A stretch of 64,000 nucleotides of DNA from Candidatus Poribacteria bacterium (GTDB taxonomy: Bacteria; Poribacteria; WGA-4E; GCA-2687025). Shown here one piece after another: positions 37,930 to 48,009 of this stretch. The stretch covers positions 7,356 through 71,355 of the forward strand of contig VGLH01000001.1 in assembly GCA_016866785.1 (NCBI GenBank), in the 5' to 3' direction. The stretch's first letter is position 1, and each line of letters opens with the position of its first letter. Under the pieces are notes generated by a model. That model saw nothing but the letters and a program-made list of their open reading frames with translations. It did no database searches and had not been told where the DNA came from. The position numbers were made by a program, and so were the translations under genes.

Positions 37930-38652
37930 CTATGGCACATCCGTGGCGGCTGCACTGATCCGCCCGTCCAACAAGTGTATCGTACGGTCCGCGCGTTGGG
38001 CGAGCTCCGCGTTGTGGGTGACGACGACGAAGGTCTGACCCAGCCGGTCTCGCAGCCCCCAGATCATGTCGTGGATCGCCTGACTGGTTGCGCGGTCCAG
38101 GTTCCCGGTCGGTTCGTCTGCTAGGATGACGCGAGGGGAGTTGACGAGCGCCCGCGCAATGGCGACGCGCTGCCGCTCTCCTCCCGAGAGCTTGGGGGGG
38201 CGGTGCGCGGTTCGCGCGCTCATTCCCACCAAGTCCAGAAGCTCTCGCGCCCTCGTCGCAGCAGCCGCGGGCTTGTCCCCGGCAATCAGAGCGCTCATCG
38301 CGACATTCTCTGCGGCAGAGAACTCAGGCAGCAGATGATGGAACTGGAACACGAAGCCCACGTCGCTCCGGCGGAATCGAGTCAAGGCACGGTCATCGTG
38401 CGACGTGATCTCGATGCCTTCGTATCGAATCGAGCCGGATGTGGGGCGGTCGAGTCCGCCCAGCAGGTGAAGCAGCGTGCTCTTTCCGGCTCCCGAAGCG
38501 CCGACGACAGCGATGATCTCCGATTGGCGGATCGTCAGATCGACGCCACGGAGCACCTCCGTCGTCACATCGCCGTCACGGAACGACTTGAAGAGCCCTT
38601 CGACCGAGATGAAAACGTCTGGAAACAGCACGGCTCGCGCGTCTCTACTCAT
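37930..38652 (-). CDS. lolD: Lipoprotein-releasing ABC transporter ATP-binding protein LolD
   Basis: The Walker A motif is GASGAGKST. The ABC signature is [15 protein letters not shown], the Walker B motif is [11 protein letters not shown], and the H-loop is present. It overlaps the upstream FtsX-type permease gene by 8 nt. Confidence 0.8.
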   Translation of the reverse strand: MSRDARAVLFPDVFISVEGLFKSFRDGDVTTEVLRGVDLTIRQSEIIAVVGASGAGKSTLLHLLGGLDRPTSGSIRYEGIEITSHDDRALTRFRRSDVGFVFQFHHLLPEFSAAENVAMSALIAGDKPAAAATRARELLDLVGMSARTAHRPPKLSGGERQRVAIARALVNSPRVILADEPTGNLDRATSQAIHDMIWGLRDRLGQTFVVVTHNAELAQRADRTIHLLDGRISAAATDVP

Positions 38653-39913
38653 ATCGGAGCGCCTCGACGGGGCGAAGCCTCGACGCCCGGTATGCCGGAT
38701 AGAGGCTCGCGAGCCAACACACGGCGATGGCGAGGGCGTTCACGCTCGCCACGTAGCCCCAACTCACCTTCACCGGCACGTAGTCCACTTGGTAGACCTC
38801 GCCCGGCAACGGGATGCGCAGGTAGTGCTTCAGCAGCCAGCAGAGCCCCAAGCTGACGACCGTGCCCAGAATCGCGCCGATGACACCAATGATCGTGCCG
38901 TTCAGCATGAAGAGCCGCAACACGCTGCCGCGCTCGGCTCCCAGAGCCCTCAGTGCTCCGATCTCCCTCGTCTTCTCCATCACGAGCATGATGAGCGTAA
39001 TCGCCGTGCTGAACGCCGCGACGACGATGATGAGAGCCAGCGTCACAAACGTGAGACGCTTTTCGAGCTCCAAGGCTCCGAAGAACGAGCCGCGCAGCTC
39101 CTTCCACGTCTTCGGCAGGTATTCTAGGCCGTATCGCTCGAGGATCGCCCGTTGCACGGTGTCCGCGTCGTCGGGCGTGTCGGTTCGCACCTCGATCTGT
39201 GACACGTCGGTCGGCGTTCGGTACAGCGATTGCGCCGCCGTCAGCGATACGAACGCCATGTTCGAGTCCATCTCGTAGAGACCCGACGTGTAGAGGTCAA
39301 CGACCACGAACACGCGCGGCACGGGATAGATCCGCCCGTACGGATCCTCCTTGAAGTCGGCGAACACGAAGAGCGGGTCGCCGACGCGCACCTGCAATCG
39401 ACGCGCAAGCGCCCATCCGAGGATGATGCCGCCCTGGATCGTGTCGTCCGCCGGAACGCGAGGGCTGTCTCCCTGCTGCAGAGGCGCGATCAGGTCGGGT
39501 CGCTCGAGATCAAGGGCTCCGGTGCGCAGGTAGCTGCCGAGATCGGTCACACCGCTGATCGTCGCTGGGTCGATCCCTTTCACCAGAGCCCCCGACAGCC
39601 TGTCGCGGTCGTCGTAGTTGCGCAGAAGGGCTTGGTTCATGATCGTTGGCGTTGCTCCGGTCACCTTGGGAATGGCGCGGAGTTCGTCGATGAACGCGTT
39701 GTGGTCCCCGAACGAACCTCCCTGCGGGAGCACGACCAGGTACGGTTCGGAACCCAGCAGTCGGTCGCGTAGAGTCGTCTGGAAGCCGTTGAAGACGGAT
39801 AGCGAGACGATTACCACGACGACGCCAAGCATCACGCCTCCTGCGGACATGATCGTCTGGGCGGGCTTGGCACGCAGGTAGCGAAGACCGATGAGGTACT
39901 CGAAGTACTTCAT
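38645..39913 (-). CDS. Lipoprotein-releasing system permease LolC/LolE (MacB-like periplasmic domain + FtsX)
   Basis: The internal ATG (MKYFEYLIGLRYL) is the start. The layout is TM1, a large periplasmic domain and three C-terminal TMs. Confidence 0.75.
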   Translation of the reverse strand: MKYFEYLIGLRYLRAKPAQTIMSAGGVMLGVVVVIVSLSVFNGFQTTLRDRLLGSEPYLVVLPQGGSFGDHNAFIDELRAIPKVTGATPTIMNQALLRNYDDRDRLSGALVKGIDPATISGVTDLGSYLRTGALDLERPDLIAPLQQGDSPRVPADDTIQGGIILGWALARRLQVRVGDPLFVFADFKEDPYGRIYPVPRVFVVVDLYTSGLYEMDSNMAFVSLTAAQSLYRTPTDVSQIEVRTDTPDDADTVQRAILERYGLEYLPKTWKELRGSFFGALELEKRLTFVTLALIIVVAAFSTAITLIMLVMEKTREIGALRALGAERGSVLRLFMLNGTIIGVIGAILGTVVSLGLCWLLKHYLRIPLPGEVYQVDYVPVKVSWGYVASVNALAIAVCWLASLYPAYRASRLRPVEALRYE

Positions 39914-39965
39914 CGTGTCGCGCAGGCTGAAGGCAGCAACAAGGGGAAGGACTCCAGCATCGCGC

Positions 39966-41462
39966 TTAGGATGCCGTCTCGGGCCGCATCTGCGGGAACA
40001 GAACGACGTCACGAATCGTCGCGCTGTCCGTGAGGATCATCGCGATGCGGTCGATGCCGATGCCTAAGCCTCCCGTCGGCGGCATCCCGTATTCCAGCGC
40101 TCGCAGGAAGTCCTCATCCAGAGGGTGCGCCTCCTCGTCGCCTCCGGCGGCGAGTCGAGCTTGCTCGACGAAGCGGAGCCGTTGAATGATGGGGTCATTG
40201 AGCTCGCTGAACGCGTTCCCGACCTCCATCCGAGCGATGTACGGTTCAAACCGCTCGACGAATCGTGGGTCCCCTCGCTTGGCTTTGGCGAGCGGCGACA
40301 CCTCGACGGGGTAATCGTAGATGATCGTTGGTTGGACGAGTGTTGCTTCGACGCACTCCTCGAACAGCTCGGCGACGAGATTGCCCCACGAGTCCGGCAG
40401 CGCCTCTGGACCTTCTTCGGAGCGCCGAGCGTCCGACAGGAGGCGCTGGAGCTCACCGGCGCTCAGGTTTCGCACATCGACGCCGAGCACCTCGCGGATT
40501 GACTCGACCATCGTCACGCGCCGCCACGGGGGCGTCAGATCGAGTGTCTCGCTTTGGTACTGGGCGACGAGACCGCCGTTGACCGCCTGTGCCGAACGCA
40601 CAACCAGGTCCTGCACCAGGTCCATCATCATCCCGTAGTCCGCGTATGCCTGGTAGCACTCCATCAGAGTGAACTCGGGGTTGTGCGAGCGGTCGATGCC
40701 CTCGTTCCTGAAATCCCGAGAGAACTCGTAGACGCGCTCCATGCCGCCGACGATCAGCCGCTTCAAATAGAGCTCGTTCGAGATGCGAAGATAGAGCGTC
40801 CTGTCGAGCGCGTTGTGATGTGTCGTGAAGGGCCGCGCCGCTGCTCCGCCGTAAAGAGGCTGAAGAACTGGCGTCTCGACCTCAAGATAGCCGAGCTCGT
40901 CGAGTCGGCTTCGGATGGCTTGAACGATCGCGGCGCGCTTGCGGAAGACGTCGACAACGCTCGGGTTGGCGATGAGATCGACGTAACGCTGACGGTAGCG
41001 TGTCTCGACATCGGTGAGCCCGTGCCACTTCTCCGGCAGGGGCCGCAGCGACTTGCTCAGGAGCACAACCTCACTCGCCTGGACGGTCAACTCGCCCATT
41101 CGAGTCCGGAAGACGGTTCCCTCGATGCCGAGGATGTCGCCTAAGTCGAAGTCGCCGAACTGCGTAAACGCCTCCTCGCCAACGACATCGAGGCGCACGT
41201 AGATCTGGAGCTCCCCGGTGGCATCGCGGATATGGGCGAAGGCGCTCTTGCCGTGCGACCGCCGAGTCATCATTCTGCCCGCGATGCGCACGCGGTGAGC
41301 GCCCTCTTCGATGGACTGCTGGTCGCCGAAGGCTGTGTGGAGCGCTTGCGCCGAATGAGTCGGCTCGTACGCGTACGGATAGGGATCGATCCCGTTCTGG
41401 CGCAGAAGAGCCAGCTTATCGCGGCGCTGCTGCATCAGGGCGTTGGTGTCGTCAGTCTGCAC
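39966..41462 (-). CDS. lysS: Lysine--tRNA ligase (class II)
   Basis: It has an N-terminal OB anticodon-binding domain and class-II motifs 1-3 (FRNEG, GGLGIGIDR). Confidence 0.9.
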   Translation of the reverse strand: MQTDDTNALMQQRRDKLALLRQNGIDPYPYAYEPTHSAQALHTAFGDQQSIEEGAHRVRIAGRMMTRRSHGKSAFAHIRDATGELQIYVRLDVVGEEAFTQFGDFDLGDILGIEGTVFRTRMGELTVQASEVVLLSKSLRPLPEKWHGLTDVETRYRQRYVDLIANPSVVDVFRKRAAIVQAIRSRLDELGYLEVETPVLQPLYGGAAARPFTTHHNALDRTLYLRISNELYLKRLIVGGMERVYEFSRDFRNEGIDRSHNPEFTLMECYQAYADYGMMMDLVQDLVVRSAQAVNGGLVAQYQSETLDLTPPWRRVTMVESIREVLGVDVRNLSAGELQRLLSDARRSEEGPEALPDSWGNLVAELFEECVEATLVQPTIIYDYPVEVSPLAKAKRGDPRFVERFEPYIARMEVGNAFSELNDPIIQRLRFVEQARLAAGGDEEAHPLDEDFLRALEYGMPPTGGLGIGIDRIAMILTDSATIRDVVLFPQMRPETAS

Positions 41463-41488
41463 GGAAGAATGCTCCGGATCGATGTGAA

Positions 41489-42592
41489 TCAGTATTCGTC
41501 TTCTTCCTCGCCGAGGTCGTCGGTGTCCTCATCCGGTTTGTCGATCCGGATTCGGACATTCTGGCCAGCGCCGGCGCGGTTCGCTTCCGGAAGCTTGCGT
41601 ATCTCGAACGCCACAGGCGTGCCCTCGGGCAGGTCGTCGTACAGCAGATCGGGAGATAGATCCGTCAGGTGGAAGAAGTAGTCGAGTCCGTCGACCGAGC
41701 TGCGGATGAATCCGTAGCCCTTGTCTGCCATCTTGGATTTCACGTACCCGGTGTGCGAGTCTCCGATTGCCGGTCGCGCGCCATCTGGGCTCGCGGAGAG
41801 CAGAGGTCGTCCCATGGCTTCCTCGTCGCCATCCGGCCGCTGGCGGCGAAATCTATCGCGGCACTCGTCGCAGAAGAACCGCTGGCCCGGACGTGGATGG
41901 AACGTGGTCCACACGTCACGGGGTCCTGCATGGAACGACGACTCGCAACGGATCCGGTGCGGCAGGTACCTGAGCTCAACGTCATGGAGAAGCTCGTCGA
42001 TCCAGATCACATCGAAGTCGCGCACGCGCGCGTCATCGCGCGGATCCCAGAGCTCTTGGGCGCAGCTTCCCCGAACGCTGGCGATCACGACTCGCTTGCC
42101 GAGCATTCGCGTGTATCGGAGCACAGGAACGAAGTCTCGGTCGCCCAGCACGACCATCGCAATGTCGTACACCTGCGGGACAGCAGCCAGGTAGAGCATC
42201 GACGCGGCGAGGGAGATGTCGACGCACTTTTCGCGCGGCTCGAACGTATCGCCAGCCGCGCGGTCCGCTGCACGCAGGCGTCTGCCACGAAAGTCGATCG
42301 GGTACGCCTCCACTTCGTAGTGGAAGTCTTCGCGAAGGCGGTCGAAGAAGTCACGCTGCCGCTGGACCGCCTCCTCATCCTGGTGGTCGTAGTTCGCGGC
42401 GTAGCTGCCGAAGAGGTACGTGCGCACAATGTCGAGCTCGGTATCAGGAAGCTGGTCCTTGAGCTGCCTGGCGAGAACCGGTGGCAGCTTGCCGAAGTCG
42501 ATCCGGAAGTCGGTTCGGCCGTAGATTTCGCTGAGTCTGGGAAGATTGCCGTAGAGCCAAGTGCCGTCGATGAATACCATCACCTTCGCCAC
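41489..42592 (-). CDS. NYN (PIN-like) ribonuclease domain - zinc ribbon - cold-shock domain fusion protein with an acidic C-terminal tail
   Basis: The N-terminus reads VFIDGTWLY...VVLGDRDFVP, which is LabA/NYN-like. The CxxC...CxxC pairs are CESSFH...CDEC. The C-terminal CSD (GYVKSKMADKGYGFIRSS...DYFFHLTDL) has RNP1/RNP2-like motifs. The tail is DEDTDDLGEEEDEY. The GTG start has GGAGA at a 7-nt spacer. Confidence 0.6.
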   Translation of the reverse strand: MAKVMVFIDGTWLYGNLPRLSEIYGRTDFRIDFGKLPPVLARQLKDQLPDTELDIVRTYLFGSYAANYDHQDEEAVQRQRDFFDRLREDFHYEVEAYPIDFRGRRLRAADRAAGDTFEPREKCVDISLAASMLYLAAVPQVYDIAMVVLGDRDFVPVLRYTRMLGKRVVIASVRGSCAQELWDPRDDARVRDFDVIWIDELLHDVELRYLPHRIRCESSFHAGPRDVWTTFHPRPGQRFFCDECRDRFRRQRPDGDEEAMGRPLLSASPDGARPAIGDSHTGYVKSKMADKGYGFIRSSVDGLDYFFHLTDLSPDLLYDDLPEGTPVAFEIRKLPEANRAGAGQNVRIRIDKPDEDTDDLGEEEDEY

Positions 42593-42833
42593 GCACGGTT
42601 CTCCTAGCGCAGACCGTTCTTACATCTCGCAGTCACGGCAAACAACAGCACCGGCACGATGTTACTTGACCCAAGCAGACCAATACAAGGCGCGCGCCGG
42701 TTCCCACGCAGCCTGGGCGTGCGTTCTGCCCAGCCTCGTGATACAGTCCGCATTCGTGCGACGATCGCTGACATGCCTGCGAGATGCGATCGCCGACAAC
42801 CGGTGGGACCGACTGAACAGGGGTTGAGGATCG

Positions 42834-43604
42834 ATGTCGATGTCACTGACTGAGCAACAGCTCGAGGCGTTTCGACGCGACGGGTACATCCGGCTCGACG
42901 GCTTGTTCAGCGACGAGGAGGTGTCGGTACTGCGTCGAAATGTGGACCGCGCTCAGTCTTCGACGACGACATGGACCTCTCGCGACCGCGAGGCGGGGCA
43001 AGTAGCGTTGGCGCTGTGGACCCAAGCCGGCGACTCGGCGTACGCCGACCTGTATCGACTGCCACGACTCGTCATCCCCGCCAGACAGCTATTGGGCGAC
43101 GATATCTACCACTGGCATTCGAAGATCAGCTTCAAGCCGCCGAGAACCGGAGCGTCGTGGCACTGGCATCAGGATTACGGCTACTGGTTCCACGACGGCT
43201 GTCTCACCGCTAACATGCTGTCCGCCATGGTGTTCATCGACCCGGCGCGTGAGGACAACGGTTGCCTGCGGTTCCTCGTCGGCGCGCACAGTGAGGGTCG
43301 CTTCGAACACGACGCCGTCGATGCCGGCACCGAGGGCAAGCAGACCGGTATGTCCCTGTCTTTGGTGGAGGAACTCCGACGCAAGTACCCGGAGCGCAGC
43401 ATGATTGGCGACCCGGGCGATGTCGTGTTCTGGCATTCGAACCTGCCGCACGCATCAGCGACCAATCGGTCGGAACACGGGCGTCTCGCCGTCATCGTCT
43501 GCTACAACGCGATGGGGAACGACCCCGGGCCCGGGCGAGGACACGGCAAACCGGTGCCCATCGAAACGGCTTCCGACGAATCACTGCTTCGCGCCAGAAC
43601 CTAG
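42834..43604 (+). CDS. Phytanoyl-CoA dioxygenase (PhyH)-family Fe(II)/2-oxoglutarate oxygenase
   Basis: It has the HxD...H facial triad (WHQDYGYW ... FWHSNLPH) and a PhyH-like length. Confidence 0.7.
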   Translation: MSMSLTEQQLEAFRRDGYIRLDGLFSDEEVSVLRRNVDRAQSSTTTWTSRDREAGQVALALWTQAGDSAYADLYRLPRLVIPARQLLGDDIYHWHSKISFKPPRTGASWHWHQDYGYWFHDGCLTANMLSAMVFIDPAREDNGCLRFLVGAHSEGRFEHDAVDAGTEGKQTGMSLSLVEELRRKYPERSMIGDPGDVVFWHSNLPHASATNRSEHGRLAVIVCYNAMGNDPGPGRGHGKPVPIETASDESLLRART

Positions 43605-43636
43605 ACGATACGCTGCACCGCTCGAGGAGGGCCCTT

Positions 43637-45601
43637 GTGGCACGCGTCACGACCGCAACGCTCCTGGGTGAGATGACCGACCTTTCCGGGCTCGCCACGA
43701 AGCCCGATCCGTTCTACACGACGTGCCAATTCTCGTCGTACGACCGCCGGTCCGTCGCTCCGGACAAGCCCGGCTGGTTCGCCAACGGCGACAACGCCAA
43801 CACAACCGACCGACGACACTACATCCGTGACGAGAAGGTCGGGAACCGGGTGGAGCACGTGTTGGCGGATATGCGAGGTCCCGGAGCGTTGGTCCGGTTC
43901 TGGTCGGCGAACCCATGGGTGGGCGAAGGCGGCAAACTGCGCGTCTACCTCGACGACGACCCGACGCCGGTCATCGAAGCAGACCTCATGGAGCTCGTGA
44001 ACGGGAAGGCGAGAATCCCGGAGCCGTTCACGTCGCGAGCGGCGGGCGGAGCCGGGAACGTCTACTTCCCGATTCCGTTCGCCCAGAGCTGTAAGGTGAC
44101 GCACGACGCGGACTGGCGAGGGTTCTACTACCAGGTCAACTTCCGCCGTTACGTCTCATCCGCCGACGTGGAGTCCTTCGCTCCGAACCATCTCACCGAG
44201 CACGCGGACGTGATCCGCGAAGTCGGCGCACGTCTGGCGGATCCGATGAACCTGGTGGTCGAGGCTCTCGACGGACATGAGATCGACGTGACCGTCAGTC
44301 CCGGTTCGCGGGGCGATGCCGTCATCCTCGACGGGCCCGCTGCGATTGGCACGATCACGCTTCGCGTCTCGGCTCCCGATCCCCGCGCCGCGCTGCGTCA
44401 GACGCTGCTCCAGGTCTACTTCGACGCGTCGCCCACGCCCCAGATCGAAAGCCCATTGGGCGACTTCTTCGGCGCAGGACCCGGCGTCTGTCCATACCAA
44501 TCGCTGCCTTTCGTCGTGGAACCGGACGGCACGATGCACTGCCGCCTCGTGATGCCGTTCGCCCACTCGGCGCGCGTTCACATCGCAAACTTCGGCAAGC
44601 AGACCGTGACGGTAACCGGTGGCGTCGTGCGAACGCCCCATACGTGGTCTGCTCAATCGATGCACCTTCGCGCGAAGTGGCGCGTCACGCACGGCGCGGT
44701 GGGCAGCCCGGACGGGTACGACATGACCTACCTGATCCTGCATGGATCGGGCGTCTGGGTCGGCACCGCTCTCATGATCATGAATCCCACCGACATTCCA
44801 ACGCCCGGCGGCGGATGGTGGGGTGAGGGAGACGAGAAGGTCTACGTCGACGGCGAGTCGTTCCCCAGTACGTTTGGAACCGGTTCTGAGGACTACTTCG
44901 GCTATTCCTGGAGCTCCCCTGACCTGTTCCAGGGCCCGCTGATCGGTCAGCCGAGGTGCGACGGACCGGGGAACCGGGGGTTCACGTCCAACTACCGGTG
45001 GCACATCCTGGACGCCCTGCCTTTCGCGAAGAGCCTCGAGTTCCTGATGGAACTCCAAACCCATGTGCCGACACCCGGGATCACCTACGCGCGCATCGGC
45101 TACTGCTACACGACGCCCGGCGCACGTGACGACCATCCGCAGATCCATGCGGCGATGCTGCGCATCGAGGACCCGCCAGCGTGGATCGTTCGTGCTGCAG
45201 GAGCTGCCCAGAACTCGACCGTGCTCGAAGCAGAGGACCTGGCTCGGAGCGGCATCGAAGCCGACGTGCAACACGATGCTCGTTGGTCGAACGTTGCGCA
45301 GGTGGGGTGGGATGGGACGCCCGGAGACGTGCTATCGCTGTCGCTGCCGATTGAGGAAGCCGGCAAGTACCGGGTGATTCTCTGTCTGACCACCCGTCCA
45401 GGCGGCGGGACCTGCCGTATCGCGCTGTCCGGCAACGCCGTCGATCACGCGTTCGATCTGTCGCATCCGTCGTTGACAATGACCCGCGAAGTCGATGCCG
45501 GCATCCACGACCTGGCGGCGGGCGACGCCGAACTGTCGCTGATCTGCCAGGTCGCGGGCGCGATTGGCATCGACTACGTCCGTTTGGCGCGAGCCCAGTA
45601 G
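43637..45601 (+). CDS. DUF2961-domain protein (GH172-like)
   Basis: The conserved block WWGEGDEKVYVDGESFPSTFGTGSEDYFGYSW is typical of DUF2961. Confidence 0.6.
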   Translation: MARVTTATLLGEMTDLSGLATKPDPFYTTCQFSSYDRRSVAPDKPGWFANGDNANTTDRRHYIRDEKVGNRVEHVLADMRGPGALVRFWSANPWVGEGGKLRVYLDDDPTPVIEADLMELVNGKARIPEPFTSRAAGGAGNVYFPIPFAQSCKVTHDADWRGFYYQVNFRRYVSSADVESFAPNHLTEHADVIREVGARLADPMNLVVEALDGHEIDVTVSPGSRGDAVILDGPAAIGTITLRVSAPDPRAALRQTLLQVYFDASPTPQIESPLGDFFGAGPGVCPYQSLPFVVEPDGTMHCRLVMPFAHSARVHIANFGKQTVTVTGGVVRTPHTWSAQSMHLRAKWRVTHGAVGSPDGYDMTYLILHGSGVWVGTALMIMNPTDIPTPGGGWWGEGDEKVYVDGESFPSTFGTGSEDYFGYSWSSPDLFQGPLIGQPRCDGPGNRGFTSNYRWHILDALPFAKSLEFLMELQTHVPTPGITYARIGYCYTTPGARDDHPQIHAAMLRIEDPPAWIVRAAGAAQNSTVLEAEDLARSGIEADVQHDARWSNVAQVGWDGTPGDVLSLSLPIEEAGKYRVILCLTTRPGGGTCRIALSGNAVDHAFDLSHPSLTMTREVDAGIHDLAAGDAELSLICQVAGAIGIDYVRLARAQ

Positions 45602-45627
45602 CCTCACGGCGACCGGGCTCCGCTGGA

Positions 45628-46650
45628 CTACTTGTCAGTCGTGACGATGACGCCCCACGATCCGGCGGCGAAGGCTTTCCCCGTCGGTGTGACGGCGAGC
45701 CCGTGCAGGGCTTCGTTGACGCCGGACTTCTGCTTCTTCCAGGTCTTGCCGCCATCGGTCGTGGCGAGGACGGTTCCACCGTCTCCGCAGACCCAACCGC
45801 GCTTGGGGTCCGACTTCAGAAACGCGATATCGTAGAGGTCGTAGTAGTCGTCTTGCGCCTCGTTGTCCACGCGCGTCCATGTCTTGCCGGCGTCAGTCGT
45901 GTGCAGAATCGTCGCCTCTTGCCCGACGATCCAGCCCTCGGTCGCTGACGTGAACGCGATACCGTAGAGGTTCTCCGACGCTCCGATTCCGCCTTCGGGA
46001 GCCTCCCAGTTCAGTCCGCCGTCCGTGCTCATCGCGGCTGTGCCCGAGGACCCGACCACCCAGCCCAGTTCCGGCGTCGCGAAGGCAATCGCCTCATAGA
46101 TCGTTCGGTTGTCACCAGCCCTGGCTCTGGCTCCCGAGACGACGGTTTCCCACGTCTTGCCGGCGTCCGATGTCCGAGCGAGCGTGCGGTTGTCCCCGGT
46201 AACGAAGCCCACGTCTGCCGTGACGAACGTGAGATCGACGAGTCGGTTCCCGCCTCCGGAGTTGGCGCGACTCCACGTCTCGCCTCCGTCCTCGGTCGTG
46301 AGCAGCGCTCCCCCGCCACCCGCGATCCACGCTCGCTTGGCGTCGAGCGCCGAGATACGCCACAACTGCGTGTTCTGCGACATCGCGGCGAACCGAGGAT
46401 TCGCATTCGGCGGCGGCGCAGGCATCGCCTGTTTGACCCACGTCTTGCCGCCGTCGGACGTGCGCAGGATGGTTCCGCCGTCTCCCGCCGCCCAGCCGTT
46501 CATGTCGTCGGCGAACGACACGGCGCGGAGGTCCGCCTGAATGCCGTCGTCTCGCGTGAAATCGTCCTGTCGGCTCGTCGTCCACTGTCCGTGCGCCGCC
46601 GCCGCCACTAGGAAGCCCACGGCGCACAACGCAGCGAATCGAGTTCTCAT
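45628..46650 (-). CDS. Secreted Ycf48/BNR-like beta-propeller protein
   Basis: It has a signal peptide (MRTRFAALCAVGFLVAAAAHG). SxDGGxTW repeats occur many times (TSDGGKTW, TEDGGETW, TSDAGKTW, TTDAGKTW, TTDGGKTW). Confidence 0.7.
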   Translation of the reverse strand: MRTRFAALCAVGFLVAAAAHGQWTTSRQDDFTRDDGIQADLRAVSFADDMNGWAAGDGGTILRTSDGGKTWVKQAMPAPPPNANPRFAAMSQNTQLWRISALDAKRAWIAGGGGALLTTEDGGETWSRANSGGGNRLVDLTFVTADVGFVTGDNRTLARTSDAGKTWETVVSGARARAGDNRTIYEAIAFATPELGWVVGSSGTAAMSTDGGLNWEAPEGGIGASENLYGIAFTSATEGWIVGQEATILHTTDAGKTWTRVDNEAQDDYYDLYDIAFLKSDPKRGWVCGDGGTVLATTDGGKTWKKQKSGVNEALHGLAVTPTGKAFAAGSWGVIVTTDK

Positions 46651-46689
46651 CGCATGTCTCCTCTCTGCCGTGACGCCGACTTGCGTCAC

Positions 46690-48009
46690 TCAGATGGTCA
46701 GAACGACGAAGAAGTCATTGGGCCCGGTGACCAGGTCGAGGTGTAGAAGCACGCCATGCGCCCCGATCCATTGCACGTCCCCAACGTTGTTGTCGTAGAG
46801 CCGCAGATGCCGATGGTCGCCCCACAACATCAGGGCATATGGCATCGGCTTCGGCGAGTCGAGGCTGAAGTCGAGGCGGATCTGCTCCCGGTCGCGCGTG
46901 GGCGACAGGACAGACAAGCTGGGCGCCTCGTACTCCAGCAGGTACTTGGATTGCGTGGCTGGCGACACGTAGTTGTGAAAGACCGTCGGTGCCCCTGATT
47001 CTCGCTCGAAGACGTACTGGGCGCGCGAATCGTAGTAGAGCACGCGCACGGAAGCGTCGGCTACGGTCACCTCACCGTCGGACAGGACCAGAAGCTGCGG
47101 CTCCGTCTCGGCGAATCGCTCGCTGTACAGCCGAACCTGGTCCCCGACGGAGGCGTGCGGAATCCCCTGCTCCTCCAGCGATCGCCAGAGCGCCACGCAG
47201 CGTTCACGCTCGTCGTCGGTCCAAATCGCGCACGCGGTCGCCGCTAGCGTCTGGATCGACGCCGACCAAGCCCCCAGCCTCGGCGTGGCTCGCGACGCCT
47301 CGATGATTCTGAGAACCGTGTCGATCGGCAAGGGATCGCCGCCGACGGTCATCTCTCCGACGTCTCGATCCACGTCGTGGCTGTGGCGTCCGAGCGCTCG
47401 CCCGGAATCCCGCGGCAAACCTACCAAAGGAGTCGCCGGGCTCCCCGCCGACTGGAACCGCGCACGCGACACGAAGAAGCATCCGAACGGACACCCACGA
47501 TCCTGTGACCGGCGCGACGCCTCGTTCCACCGGTAACCCCAGAGCCCGGCAAATCCAAGACTCACCAGCGCATCGACCAGCGGCTCCGTTTTCAGGTCCG
47601 AGCCCGCCAGCGTGATCTTCGCCCACGGCAGCAGCGCAACGACACGGTCCCGTTCCGCCTGCACGCGCGCTCTCAGGTCCTCCTTCTGGCGAACCATTCC
47701 CTCTGCCGCGCTCCGAGCATCGGTTGCCTCGACCGACTCGCCCAGCCAGTTCTGGACGTCGAGCCACAGGATGATGTCTTCGTCGCGGCTCGACGGGTCG
47801 GCGGCTCGACGAGACTCGCGACGTTCGTTGAGCCATGTCGCTGAATTGCGAGCGGCCCGAACGTCCAGGGCCCATGAGACCGGAACGCCGGTTGCATCGG
47901 CAGCAGCAGCGGCTTCCACCATGCCCTTGCGGACGCGGGCAAGGTCCTCCCCGACGGCGTCGATGACGACCGTGTGATGAGACCAACCGCTACCGCTTTG
48001 GTCACTCAT
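46690..48009 (-). CDS. Hypothetical protein (439 aa), co-directional with the propeller gene and immediately upstream of it
   Basis: It is a long clean ORF with GC3 comparable to its neighbours. No motif is recognised. It abuts pabC by a 4-nt overlap. Confidence 0.45.
   Translation of the reverse strand: MSDQSGSGWSHHTVVIDAVGEDLARVRKGMVEAAAAADATGVPVSWALDVRAARNSATWLNERRESRRAADPSSRDEDIILWLDVQNWLGESVEATDARSAAEGMVRQKEDLRARVQAERDRVVALLPWAKITLAGSDLKTEPLVDALVSLGFAGLWGYRWNEASRRSQDRGCPFGCFFVSRARFQSAGSPATPLVGLPRDSGRALGRHSHDVDRDVGEMTVGGDPLPIDTVLRIIEASRATPRLGAWSASIQTLAATACAIWTDDERERCVALWRSLEEQGIPHASVGDQVRLYSERFAETEPQLLVLSDGEVTVADASVRVLYYDSRAQYVFERESGAPTVFHNYVSPATQSKYLLEYEAPSLSVLSPTRDREQIRLDFSLDSPKPMPYALMLWGDHRHLRLYDNNVGDVQWIGAHGVLLHLDLVTGPNDFFVVLTI

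Noticed and set aside
42593-42833. Cold-shock-type long 5'-UTR or promoter for the NYN-CSD gene
   Set aside because: The 240-nt divergent intergenic region has only weak -35/-10 candidates (TTGACC...TACAAG). It has no convincing cold-box or CspA-like UTR features.
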